A stretch of 64,000 nt of DNA, from contig OZ024740.1 of assembly GCA_964016885.1 (NCBI GenBank), positions 298,592,001 to 298,656,000 on the forward strand. The letters run 5' to 3'. This document shows positions 38,516-53,900 of the stretch, piece by piece. Position numbers and translations under genes: made by a program. The notes under the pieces were generated by a model, which was not told the origin of the DNA, did no database searches, and was given only the letters and a program-made list of their open reading frames with translations. Source of the DNA: Eledone cirrhosa. Taxonomy: Eukaryota. The first letter of the stretch is position 1, and each line of letters begins with the position of its first letter.

Positions 38516-41488
38516 TTAAGGTAGTCAATTTCATATCTTGAAAGTCAGTTCAATGAAATACATATCATAATTGACCAATGACATATAAGTTTCCTGTCTC
38601 CTCTTTTGTTTTGAAGTTAAGAAGTGATACAGTTTGTGTTACTCTTGGTTGTGAACATATTTACATGTTCTACTTACAATATGTACTAACTCTGAGCATA
38701 TGGTTAACACACTGTTCTTTTAGTTATAGCTGCTACTTCATTCTCTATTACTATTTGGCCTCAGTACATGATCTCATGCTAGTTCAGTTGTTTGTTTCAC
38801 TTCACTAAATATTTTATTTTGACATTAGTTTCTTTTGTGGCACATTTCTCATTTATCTGTTGTTGCTACCACATACTGTACACATATTCTACTTTAACTC
38901 TTTTGATACCAACCCAACATTGGTCCTATGAAGCAAAACCACCAATTTTAAAGGGTTTCAGTATGAAAATCTTTCAATGTAATTTGATATAAGAAGCTTT
39001 TGTTAAGCTGGGTTACGAATACCATCCTAATAAGGAGAAAATTAATAATTTTAGTACATCTCTCAAAATTATTTAATAATTCAAATAGAGTGTACCTCAT
39101 TAGACATATGGTGATGACAGGGTTAAACGGGGTCCCTTTTCTAGCCACTTTAACCATACCTATAATTGTTATTATACACACTGTTATACAAATGATAATA
39201 TTTTACACTTTTTAATCATTTGCTCATGGTTATTTTATGTGTACTAGGTATCATATGGAAGGCATGCTGTGCATTCATAAACAGAATCCTTGAAAACATC
39301 CTCTATGACAACCTTCAGTGGTACCAAAACACATTGACTTCCATGATCTAGGCAGGTCTTGCTTAGGGATCCTGCCGGATCAGTTGGAGACAGTTGCTTC
39401 TGACAGGACCCGCAGGAAGGAGTGTTTGAGGACTCTGCCCCTACGACCCTCCCAGGAATAAGAGGGTGAAGATGAAGAAGAAACCAAGTATCCACTGTAC
39501 AATATTGTGAAAGCTGCATTTCAGCACTGAATCTTTCCATTGAGAAACAAGAAGTACTTCAGTCTGGATCAGTTGCTGACTCTCTTCAAAGCTCATATGT
39601 AAACTACATTAAGTTTATCATTTACATATGAGGCATGTGCTTCTGTTACACATGTAAACATTCTAGAGCATGGAACATGACTCTTATCCTTATGAACTGA
39701 GTAGGATGTTTCATTGTGAAAGTTCAATAAGGTTGAAACAAGTCTGTTGCTTTCACCAGTTGGTTATAACAGCTTTCAAAGATCAAATCTACTTCAATCT
39801 GAATTGTCTGTATTGCCCCAAATTTCAATCAACTCAACATATTAGAGTTAACATCCTTGTTTGTTGTTCTTAGAAACTGAGATTAAGGTCTTGTCTACTA
39901 ATTGCCCAGATAATCTCAGTTGATCAAATCACTATATTACATATGTATGACCCTATTGCATTTGTGTTTACTATGCAGAATGCTCCCCTGAAGTGTTCTA
40001 TTAACCATATTGGTGGTATTCATAATTAGTGTCATTACATTCCCTTGGTTTCTATGTGTTTATTAATCACTCTTGGCCTCGCTAAATGAATAGAATAGGC
40101 TTCATTGATAAGGGCAATTCACAAAAATCCCCTGATTCGATGATAAGGCCTAATAAGACAAAAACATCAGGTGATTAAATTCATTCCAACCTGCATTGTG
40201 TCTATTGTCTAAAATGCTTTATCAAGTGATCTTATTGGAGTTAACTCCCTTGCTTGTGTTTAGCATTTAGATACCCATAATTGGAGTTTTTACCCACTAA
40301 TTGCTTGGATAACCTCAGTTAATAGATGTTTTTCAATTATTATATTACATAGAGCCAACCATTTGGCTGATTAGTTGAAACTTATTTATCAGTACACTAT
40401 AACCTTTAATTCATGAGCAAACTGTTTCTCTTTACTCTCTTCTGCAATAATTGTTTCTGTCTTCTACTGTTATAATGGTTTACTGCATATGCTCAATGTA
40501 TTTCACCCAAAGCCACTTGATGTACCACCTCTCTACCATTGTAATACCTACTGTTTCTCCCCCCCAACCCATATTACTCAATGTTCCCTCAAGGAACCAC
40601 AGCCTGTTGTAATATTTTCCCTACTGGGGTCAATCTACATCAGTTCAAACTAAAGATCAATTACTTCAGTCTGAGAGGGCCTTCAAATGAATGATAAAAG
40701 AATAAACAAAATCATGCATATAACTTTGTTATGAAACATCTGCAATAAGTGTTTGAAGGCTATTTTCCCTACTAAACCAAGGGTTATCCTTGTGGGACCC
40801 ATGACAAATTTCTATGTTTTTTCCCCTATTGTATGTATTAACACCCCTCCTCCCCACAAACCTCTTAGCTCAGGTTTTATTTTAAGGAAATTTTAAAACT
40901 CCACAAATCTTTGTGGTAGGTGTCTATTTGATATTCTCTGCATTTGTAATGGCAATGTAGTATCTAATACAAAATGTAAACTTATTGCATAAAATGAGAT
41001 TTAGAACTGAACAAGCAGAGGTCAACTGCATGTTCAAATAATCCCTGCCCTGCCTTTCAATTCCTCCTCCATCATCTTTAGCCATGTCTTTCTTGGTTTT
41101 CCTCTTCATCTACTTCCTTCCACATTAATTTCCATCACTCCTCTCATCCAGTAACTTTCATTCTTCCTCAACCCCCGACTCAACTGTTTCATACCACTTC
41201 TCTCTACAACATTCATCATAGGCTCTATTCCTATCATCCTTGGCAATAAAACCTCCTTTGCTATGAAACTTCTAAAGGAATATAAATAGTTACAATACAT
41301 ATTTATATAACTATTGTGCATATATGAGTCTCTATTGTAGTAGTCATCAATGATGTTTTATTTTGATAGTCTTCACATTCTAACTTAGTGGATTCAGTAT
41401 ATATTTATAGATTTATCAGTGTTTTTATCTTTATGATGTAACCTTAATGTAATGAAAAATTCTTTTTTCTTATATTTTTTCTTTCTAG

Positions 41489-41585
41489 AAACCTATCTTA
41501 GTATTGAACAAACTGTTCTGACCCAGTCTTTTGGAAGTATTTTCAAGGAGATCTTTAGAAATCAAATTTTTGACACAGAAACCAG
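41489..41585 (+). CDS. Candidate host-gene exon, product unknown
   Basis: Strong acceptor (ttttttctttctag), donor CAG|gtaaaa, open frame TYLSIEQTVLTQSFGSIFKEIFRNQIFDTET. Confidence 0.35.
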
Positions 41586-41681
41586 GTAAAAAAACAATTA
41601 ACTTTTTCTTGTTTAACTAACTTTAATATTTTCAGATATGGTGTTCATGAGTATTGTCAGATATGGTGTTCATACATTGCG

Positions 41682-41771
<90 letters not shown>

Positions 41772-42175
41772 TTGGCTGGAAGTTTCTGTGCAGTATTACA
41801 CATCTTCAGATGATCTTCATGTTGAAAACAATTACAATCACAGGACACACTTTCCACTGGCTAACTGCATCTCTGTTTCACACTATTCTACAACCATTCA
41901 CCTTATTTTACCAATATTCCCCATTTGTTTCTTAACATCTCTCATTTTCCTTGCAATTTATTCTACCATGACTCCTTATCATTCTGTAGTTTGTATATTC
42001 ATGTGTGTGTGTGTGTGTGTGTGTGTGCTTTCATGTTTATGTGTATCTAAGCATCTGTACATGTTTGCATATGTATGTGTCAATGAGTGTTTATTATCCA
42101 TACATGTATACACACACGTACACGTACATGTATATGTGTACATAGGAACTAAAATATCTTCTTCACCCACTTATT

Positions 42176-42592
42176 TCTGAGTGGGATGTGGGGGCAGAGT
42201 CCTCAAACACTCCTTCCAGCAGGTCCTATCAGAAGCAACCATTTCCAACTGATCCAACTGGATCCCTAAGCAAGACCAGAGGAGATCATAGATGTTATCC
42301 AACCATCCTGCTTGGGGTATACCTCTGGGTCTCCTGCCAGTTGGTTTTGACTTTAAAACCTGTCTAGCCATTCTTTCCTAAGACATTCTAACCCCAGGAT
42401 CATAGCTGTAATCTCTCAATTTGGAGAAGTAATGGCTCTACCTGGAATGACTCTCTGATCTCCGAGCTACACACTCTGTCGAATATTGTTACTCCTAAGA
42501 CCCTTCGGAGGAACCCCATTTTGGCCGCTTGTATTTGTGCTCGTATTCTTTCGTTTATTACCCAAGATTCATGACCATAGGTAAGGCACTCC
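42176..42592 (-). mobile_element. Decayed 3' part of a second RTE family (3' ends also at ~29380-29582 and ~39340-39455 on +)
   Basis: LTYGHESW...AAKMGFLRRVLGVTIFDRV...GRRPRG...WLDNI...ASDRTCWKECL. Confidence 0.85.
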
Positions 42593-43033
42593 AATATATC
42601 CTTATTTATTCATTTATTTACTTTGTAAGCTCATCATATGGAAAATTTTGAATAACTTAGCTTGTTATGTAACTTAAATGAACCCTGCTGAATCTAGATA
42701 CAGTTTTTATGCATCAGTCACTCAGGACCTTGTTAGCTAAAGGAAAATATGTCTCCTGCCAACTTGTATTTTTCATCTGGCATTGTTATTGTTTTTCATT
42801 TTTGAAATAAAGGTCATCTGAGACATGCAATGCTGCTCAAAAACTCAGAGTAATGGCGAAACGCTCAATACTTAAATTAACTATACTCCCCTTCTTCTAT
42901 TAAATACTTTGCTCACACACAAACACATATATTTTTACTCTTTTTGGTCATTAGACTATGGCCATGCTGGGCAACTACCTTAAAAGGATTCAGTTGATCA
43001 TATTGACTCCAGTACATAGTTTTTTTAAGTCTG

Positions 43034-43072
<39 letters not shown>

Positions 43073-43073
<1 letters not shown>

Positions 43074-43226
43074 GTAAATGTGGTTGGTGTTAGGAAGGGC
43101 ATCCAGCCGTAGAAAACCCGCCAGACAGTCCTATGCGAGCAAGACAACCACTCTTCCCTCAAGTGGGAAAACTCCCGTCCAAACCCATGAGAGCGTGGAA
43201 TATGGACGTTAAACGATGATGATGAT
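43073..43226 (+). mobile_element. RTE 3' tail fragment inside (TA)n
   Basis: Matches 5290-5444. Confidence 0.9.
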
Positions 43227-43355
43227 ATATATATAGCTGCCCCTCTTTTTTGTATGCACCAAATACATAAGGATATATTTTATTTGAGAGGGTATAAAAA
43301 TGAAGCTATATACTGTAAAGAATTTAGATCAGTAGTGTTTATTTCTAACAGTGTC

Positions 43356-43412
<57 letters not shown>

Positions 43413-43425
43413 TGTATATATATGT

Positions 43426-44125
43426 ATATTATAATGAAATGACAGGAGGCTGGATTTGTGTAAATCCTTGAAAGGTTTATTATACTATGATCATTTCAAT
43501 GACCGGGTTCCGTATGAATCCGGTGATATCATCAGGTATTCGAAATATAATACGTGAATGTAATAGGTAAAATCCATGGGGCTGAAAATCGAGACCCGAG
43601 GGCGACCGCTATTCTGTTCCTTCAACCTCAGCCGGTCGCCCTGGAGTGACGTGGCTAAATTTTATAGTATGCTACTACCGGTCAGATGAACGAAAACAGA
43701 AAGAGATGGGAGCATAGGTTAACGTCGATCCCATGACACAAGGTAAAAGAAAGAAAGAAAGGAAGGAGAAGAAGGGGGAAGAAAGAAGAAGAGAAGTCAG
43801 GGTTAATGTCAGCTAAAAGAGGAAGGTAACTACTACTGGTCAGATATAGGCAAGCAAGAGGGGGAAGGAAGATAAGTCTGCGGGAGTAGGAGAGGAGAGA
43901 AGGAAGGGAAGAGAGAAGTAGAAAAGTAAGAGTTGATGGCTACAAGAAGGAAGATAGCCTCCTGTCATTTCATTATAATATTTAACTCCGTAATAGCACC
44001 ACCAACTACAAAAACAAAGACGGTTGAACTGCTTTACGTTGAGTACTCTCTATATTATTGCATTACGATTGACCATACGGAATAGACCAGCTCTATACAG
44101 TGGTGAACCTCAAACCTGAATAAAT
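43426..44125. mobile_element. (TA)n-flanked HHR-bearing cassette with a 26-bp inverted repeat
   Basis: atattataatgaaatgacaggaggct (43426) / agcctcctgtcatttcattataatat (43956-43981), then a ~145-bp tail to the next TA array. Confidence 0.8.
43482..43539 (-). ncRNA. Minimal type I hammerhead ribozyme
   Basis: AUAC CUGAUGA UAUCACCGGAUUC AUACG GAACCCGGUCAUU GAAA UGAUCA UA GUAU. Confidence 0.85.
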
Positions 44126-44128
44126 ATA

Positions 44129-44170
<42 letters not shown>

Positions 44171-44275
44171 CAAATATAGAGATTGAAAAATTAGCTTTTA
44201 ATTCAGTTTTAATTTCTTACACATATTTTAAGAGAGTTGTATATTAGATTATTTGAATAATGTTAGGTGAAAATT

Positions 44276-44541
44276 TGTGTAATCAAGATCTATTCATACA
44301 AAATGATATATAGGCATTTGTACTTCCCCATCTTTGGAGGATTAAAAAACAACATTAAATTGAAGCAGAATATATCTGAAATTCAAGTGGTGTAGGCCTG
44401 AGATGTTCTCTTCCTGTGTAAGGCAGGAATTGAATTTCAGATATATTCAGCTTCAATCTAATGTTTTTAAAAAAAATCCTCTGAAGATGAAGAAGTACAA
44501 ATACCTATATATCATTATGTATGTATAGATCTTGATTATAC
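44276..44541. repeat. ~110-bp imperfect inverted repeat with ~43-bp spacer
   Basis: taatcaagatcta...tatatctgaaattcaa / ttgaatttcagatata...tagatcttgatta. Confidence 0.88.
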
Positions 44542-46635
44542 GAACACTTTAAAACAGACAGGTTTGTAGCATAGAATGTATTGTGGTTAAGGACAGGTTG
44601 GTAGCAAAAGTGTTAAGATAGAGTTTTTTTTAGCTTAGCCTAGTTATTTGCAAGTAACACATACAAAGTAAAACATAGTTTTAATGCAATTGGTGTATTT
44701 AATTTTTTTACTTAATGTAAGCTCAGAGTGATGACATTCTACCAATTCACAGAGATACTCAGTATTTTACAATCCAGAAATCAAACATTTGGATATATAA
44801 ACAAACAAAGATTGTTCAAAGAATATGCATTTTGATATTTTCATATAGTTTCTACTGCTTCACAGTTATACATATATTTTTCATGCTAGTATTGTTTTTG
44901 GAAGTATTTTTAGTTGTTGATACAGTTTTTCTTTTTTTTCAATAACTACCTACTTAATCATGAAATAGTAGTGGAATTTCTTTTTTAATTTGTCTGGCAC
45001 ACTGGAAAAAGCAAAGATATCTGCTTTGCTTGAGGGCCCAATATGAAAATCTTTGTTATAAGGTTTGATCTTATGATCATGTAGTCAATGGTCTAATATC
45101 TCAACTTCAAAGTCATGCCTGTATTTGTGTGTATGCATGCCTGTGTGATTAAAGGGCTTGCTTTGCATCCATGTGGTTTTGGGTTCTCTCATGATCTATG
45201 GCACCTTGGGCAAGTGCCTTCTACTATAGTCTTGAATTTGGTAGCTGGAAACTGCAGAAGCCTCTCTCATCTTCTATGTCATATTCTAGGCCCCCCTGGT
45301 CCCATTGTAGTCACCATGCTCAAAACACTGGCTTTTTTGAATTTTCTCCAAGCTTATGTTTTTCCTGCAGTTGAAGACTTGCAGCTGTTGAAATGGAAAA
45401 TTAATGAGAAGAGGTTGTGAGAGTTGATCTCACATCACTAAATCTCACAGTTAAGTTGATGAAGGATTGTGATGAGTGGAGAAATGCTGTGCAGGAAAAG
45501 ACCCAGCTAACCCATGCAAGCATGAAAAAATGGACAGGTGATGATGATGATGACGATGACACTAGAGGCTTATCAGGCTGGCACTTATCCCAGTGTTATT
45601 GGTGTTAAGTGACTGAGAGTACTAGACTCCTTATTTTCAGCAGAATGGACTGGAGCAATGTGAAAGTGTTTTGCACAAAGATATAACACACCACCTGCTC
45701 CAAGAATTGAACCAGCAGCACTATGATTGGGAGCCCAACCTCCTAACCACTAGGCTATGCTGCTGCCATGGCTTCTGCTTCAGAAAGACCCTAAAAAAAT
45801 AGTTATAAAAAAAGTGTCTTTACATGTCAATTTGTAAATATTCACATGTTCTTATTGTTATTAGGAAATAAAATAAAAGTTACTGTCAGTTGTGCTGTCA
45901 TTGATTTAAGTAATTGAGCTAGTGACTAAAATGTCAGTCAGCACATCTTAACGTCCTGCACACTAGATATAGCTTACATGCATCATTAGACAGTGTTTGG
46001 TTGTTATTGCCTGATCAAGTTGACCTATGGTCAAGGACAATCCAACACTGACTATCCTATATTTTTAGGAATATATAAGAAAACAAGATTGTCCAACATG
46101 TTTTCTTTTATGATTTGAGAGTCATTTGGCTGCTATTTCTAGAGGTTCCCAAATGGCAGTATGATCATATTCCCACTAGTCTGATAATTTAGCCAGTTCA
46201 TATGTTTAAGATAGAGGTGATTATGCTAGAGATGGCCAAGTTGAACTAGATTTGGAGTCTGGTAGCTTTGATCTTTCTAGATATATCATTGTGGTTGGGT
46301 GGGATTCAACAGTTTTGTATATATTTTCACAATTTTTTAACTGATGGAATGAAGGCAGAAGTTATATATGTGCACACAGGACTTAAAACTTATTACTTTC
46401 ATGTTTCCAAATTGGAACACCAGCAGGGGGTCTGGCTGTATTTACTACTACTACTACTAGTACTACTACCACCACCACCACCACCACCAGCATCGCCATG
46501 TGCTTAAACTGGGAGCAGTAAATGATAAAGTTTTCTCTGAAATAAATGCATGTCTGCTTTAGATGCCATTGATTTCATTGGTTGGCCAGGGTTATGATCT
46601 AATTCTTGCATACTTATATATATATATATATATAT

Positions 46636-46731
<96 letters not shown>

Positions 46732-47135
46732 TCATTTAACGTTTGATTATATATATATATATATGTGTGTGTGTGTATGTTTGTGTGTGTAGACATATAC
46801 ATAGACACACACATGCATATAAAAGTTATTGAAATGAAACTATGTTCCATTGGCACAATCTCAGCATGTGAAGACGCCTTTAGCTTTCTTTGACAGCCCT
46901 ATTAATTTGGGTAAGTTTTTGGCAACCAGAACAATGTCAGCCTACCATTTCCCAATAATAATCTGTTATGCTGGAAAATATATCTCGTGCTTTCTTTCCT
47001 TCACTCAATCACAATTGTACACATGCATTTGCACATACGTGTACAAGCTGATGTAATTTATAATAATAGATATACTTACATACAGTCATTTGCCTAGACA
47101 TGCTTGTATATGATACACACACACACATACATATA

Positions 47136-47188
<53 letters not shown>

Positions 47189-47280
47189 TGTATATATATG
47201 TGTATATATATGTGTATATATATATATATTTATATGTGTACATGTATATGTATATATATGTGTATGTATTTTTATGAATA

Positions 47281-47323
<43 letters not shown>

Positions 47324-47446
47324 TTACAGTTATAGATATGTATATATGTGTACTTATGCATGTGCAAATATTCACCTGCGTAATCATTTATTCATATGTG
47401 CACTCTTACAAACATCCATCCATCACAATAGCATTATGTCAGACTG

Positions 47447-47980
47447 GCACACATATTTAGATATGTGTACACATTCTTACACACATATTTAGATATGTAT
47501 ACACATCCATACATACACATTTAGATATGTATACTCATCCATACATACATATATAGATATGTATACACATTCATACATACACATTTAGATATGTATACTC
47601 ATCCATACATACATATCTAGATATGTATACATACACATTTAGATATGCATACACATTCATACATACACATTTAGATATGCATACACATTCATACATACAC
47701 ATTTAGATATGCATACACATCCATCCATACATATCTAGATATGTATACGCATCCATACATATATAGATATGTATACACATCCATACATACATATCTAGAT
47801 ATGCATACACATTCATATATGCATATCTAGATATATATACACATCCATACACACATTTAGATATGTATACACATTCATACATGCATATATAGATATGTAT
47901 ACCCATTCATACATACATATCTAGATATCCATACATACACATTTAGATATGCATACACATTCATACATACATACATACAT
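47447..47980. repeat. ~30-bp low-complexity minisatellite
   Basis: Repeats of acacatttagatatgtatacacatccatacat-like units. Confidence 0.9.
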
Positions 47981-48887
47981 AATATTCTATCTCATACTGA
48001 TTTTCATCTTATTTGTCTATGTATATATGTATGTATGTGTACATATATATGCATACCTGTACACATACACATACATACATATAGCATTCTCTCATTTCTA
48101 ATGCATGGCTCTCAACTTCTGTTTGCCTGTTGATATTCAGCCAGATGTATTTTATTGACATTCTTCAAAAGTTAAATACATTAGCATCTGCTATTTACCA
48201 AACTTGGTTCTGCTTTGAATAGTTAACCGTTTTTGTTAAAAATTTGTTTTTATTTCAATATTCTGGTGTAAACGTGAGGACAAGTGATGAGATAGTTGGA
48301 CCAAGTTTCTCTCCATGTGGAATTGAAGTGGAGTTGATGTGATTAAAGTATACTATAGATACTGTTGATGCAATTTTGCTATTCCTATAGCATTTTTGGC
48401 TTAGAGTGAGGCGCTATTGTTACAGTGAAATTGTTCTAGTAGGAATTGCTCTAAGAATCTGTCAATGGATAATGTTTTAGTAGGGTATGAGGTTAATGCA
48501 GCTGGCATGGACAATAGATAGTTGTCTTACATGTCTTATAGTATATAGTTTAGTTAGTTGTGTAGCTTTTTTAAGTTCAAATCTTGTTGCTGACTCTAAC
48601 CTTCTCTCATCTAATGAAGCTTGGTATATATATATATATATATATAAAAAATGGGTTGTTATATACTTTCTATGGATCCTCTGTTAAATAATGTTTAACC
48701 ACAGGCATGAGTGTGTGGTCAGGTTTGCTTTGCAGTCATATATATGCTTTTTAGCTGTATTTCACTACCTGGTATGATGGACGAGTGTCTTCTATTATAG
48801 CCTCAAGCTGACCAATACCTTCTGAGTGAATTAGGTAGATGGAAACTATGGAATCTTGTTATGCATGTGTGTGTGTATGTATATATG

Positions 48888-50244
<1,357 letters not shown>

Positions 50245-50695
50245 GGAATAACAAAATTACATCCAGTATCTATAGTATACTTTAATCACATCAACTCCAC
50301 TTCAAATGTGTATATATCATCATTATCATTGTCATCAGTTTATACACACACATCCATTTTTCCACACTAGCATGGGTTAGACAAGTTGTCCTGTTGTGAG
50401 AAATGCCAGGTCAGGTGACCATGTCTTACTCATACAGAACTGATTTTGGCTTTCTTTCTACAGTCATGGCCATCTGACCTTGCCTATCTCACAATGGGAC
50501 AACTTGTCTAATCCATGCTAGCTTAGAAAAATAAACATTAAATGGTGATGATGATAATCTACTGTATCCTCCTCCAATAAATTATTATCATAAGGAAAGT
50601 GGCAGCACCAAAGACTTAGTTTTTAGTTTCATGAACCATTTCATTACTATGTTTCTAATAAAAGACTCAGCCTATGATTTAAAATTTTCCTTTAA

Positions 50696-50901
50696 CCCTT
50701 TAATGTTCAAACCGGCCAGAATTCTCTACCTCTTTTGTTGAAACTGGCTGTAACTGGTTGCTGAAACTGATGTTAAGGTTTTGTTCTCAAAATAAATACT
50801 TTCAAAATCTCATAGTTTCGATATTATGTGAGATATTATGTGAGGTAAAACCTTTACCATGAAAATACAATAGTATATAGAGTAATGTGAATGCTAAAGG
50901 G
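50696..50901 (+). mobile_element. piggyBac-type MITE, family A
   Basis: TTAA ccctttaatgtt...aatgctaaaggg TTAA. Confidence 0.88.
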
Positions 50902-53900
50902 TTAAATACAAGATATGAAGAGGCTTAATAATATAACTTTCTATTTAATTTAGTGTTTAAAACATAATAAAGATTCTTACATACAATTATAATGGAACAT
51001 TGAAATCTAAACATGTACACTTTAAAACAAGTGGCATTTCATTATAGAATCAGGGGCAGTTTCAAGCAGGTTGGTATATCACATTCCTCACCATAACATC
51101 AGGTCTTCATTTAGCTGCAGTTGATCCTCATTCAGTAAAAACAAAGTTTTATTTTATTTTTCTGATTGAATAAAGAGAGGATATTGTATGTGAGAATTGT
51201 CAACTATCTTAACCCATTAGAGCTGATTTGTAGATATATAACTAATTTGAAATCTAATTTTTCTTCTTGCCACTTTAATCACAAGATCTGTGACATATTA
51301 CTAGCATTAAATTTCTTCAAGAGCAGTTATTGACTTAAAAGGGTTAGTAGTTTTTTTAGTTATTTCGTATATTTTGAGGCAGTTTGATGCCTTAAGAGGG
51401 TGGGTCAACAGAAAACATGTTAACCATTTCCGAGGCAGTTTCTTGCTTCCAAGGAAATTTAAGAAGTAAAAGGAAAAAAAGAGGAAAATTGGAAATTCAA
51501 AAGATCTGATAATAAACTTCAAAGAAATGGAATGGAAATTTTTCTTTTTTTCCTTTTCAGAAGCTTTTAAGAAAAAAAGGAAGTGATTTTATTTATATAT
51601 TTTTGTTATTTGGTCATAAACTTTAAAGAGCTGAATATTTTAGAATCAAGTATGTAATCATTTATGCATAGTCATACAAAGGCATCCACACATATAGAGA
51701 AGCAAAGGCATTTGTTTATGTATATATATATTCACACTGAGTTGAATTTCTGGTAGGAAATCCTGCTTCTTGTTGGAAAATATATGACAGGTTTAATTGA
51801 TGTTGACATAATGTTTTCAAGCTCTTACAAAGTATTCCATCTCTCTATATGCTGTATTCCTTCATATTAAGTCCACGTTATCATGATGGAATAGTTTGAT
51901 TTATCATGGACTAAGACCACATGCAAAATTAAATTTAACACTATAAATTAACCAAAATCGTTATTGCTGCTCATTTCCAGTGGCTAGCTGTATTACATGA
52001 TGGTATCTTATTTATAATGGAATGAATTAGGTGAGAGTTAAGTGATGACATATAAGCCAGGGGTTACACCTGGTACTTAAGCCACAACATGCAGTTTTAA
52101 AATTCAAAGCTATATAATTGAATTAGAGTACATATAACATGTATATACTGTTTCTACTGCAGTATTTCATAAAAATATAAAAACATTATATGAAAATCAA
52201 ATTTTTTTTATTTGCATTTCTTTATATATTTTAGGTATGCACTGCATACAGTAAACATCACTAATATCAACCATTGACTCTTAGATAAATAAATAATGTT
52301 GCTTTATTGACTCAGCTATATATTGACACCATACACTTCATTGATCATGAGAATTCTTAATAACTGATTAAGATATCTGATGTCCACCCAGTGGTAGATG
52401 CTTTGTATTTGGGATAAGCTATTGCCTTTCAGTTGTCTTCAGCCATATCATATGCAGGATGTAATTGGAAGAAAAAGAAAAAAAGGATAAGGCAAAAAGC
52501 ATATAAAATATGCCAAGAAACAACTAAGGTCAGTCCCAATTGAATACTTCTAGTATTAAAGGTATTTCATTCATGACCTTTCCATCTTTCACTTAGACAT
52601 AATGTATCCAACATGTATTTTATTTTTGAAGATTGTAGGATATGATTTAGGGGAGATTTAGCTTATTTTTCTTTTACCAGGTTGAGTGACCATCCAAAAC
52701 TCTATTTGCTGGTGTTGTTGGAGTTGTTGGTCAGTTTTAATCAAATAGATCTATGAAAAGAGGCATTTCCACCTTAATTTTCCTGTTTTTGTTTCCAGAC
52801 AAGGTGTATCTAAGATTACATTATCTAGTGTAATGTTTTTAACCCTTTCATGACCACATTTTTAATGAAATACACCCTATTTTAATTAATTAATGAAGAA
52901 TGTTGAGAGATTTAGTGAAATAATTTATTATTTCATTTCTAAGATAGTAACTTAATGTACAGTTCTTATATAAAAGTATGTTGGAAATTTTTTATTTAAA
53001 TTAGAAACCTTTAAAATGAGTGATTTTATTTCATAGAAATAGAGCCAATTTTGGCTGGGTTGGTAACTAAAGGGTTAAGGTGATAAAATGTGATTTGAGT
53101 GAGATTTTGCTGCTATATCTTGCAGATCAAGCAACAACACAGATGTTCACTGTTCATATAAAGAATCAAGTTTATTTTCTTGGAGCTACTTTCTTTAAAT
53201 CCACTTTTCCATGCTTATGTGATTTGAATTGGTTTGTGATTTAGATATTTGGATTGTTAAGTGCTCTTCATTTACAGTATTTGAATCAGACATACTTTCA
53301 GTTTTGCACACTCACCACAAACAATTAGAGGAAACACATAAAGACTATTTGACTGTGACTCAATGTTATTTCATCCTACATCTGCCCTAGTCGGCTCTGC
53401 ACAACGATGCTTTGGGATCGCTGGCTTAGGATGACCCTGGTCTGGTCGAGCAAGAGCAAAAAGAAAGATCTGCCCTGGTTGTGTAGACCCATGATCAACC
53501 CTTCTAGCTGTGACTATTCATTCTTTTCTGACAATTTTTGTCTCAGAATACATTATTTAATGACTTTTTCTTTTTTTTTTTTAATGTGGTGGGAGTACGA
53601 TTTGAGAGAGATTCAGCTGCAATTTGTAACAAGTTAAGCAATGGTGTAAAAGCTTTGGTTTGCTAATGTTGTAGTTGGATATTATAACAGTGGTGGTGGT
53701 AGTAGGGGTACCAACAATGGCAGCAACAGTCTCATAGTGGATAATTTAAAGAAATTCAAGAAAAGTAAAAATCTAACATTTGGAATTAAAATCTTTTCTT
53801 TAAGTTAATAGATAAATTCATGCAAATCAAAAGTATCCTGAATTACTCTACATTCTAACATTCGAATACATGACAGTTGTTAAAGCTCGGTTGAATATAT

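Noticed and set aside
40110-40175. cctgat...atcagg stem with a hammerhead-like layout inside a ~400-bp-spaced weak direct repeat
   Set aside because: Both core motifs are mutated; insufficient support
44478-44520. ctgaaga motif inside the inverted repeat
   Set aside because: No GAAA with compatible stems, and the other arm lacks the core
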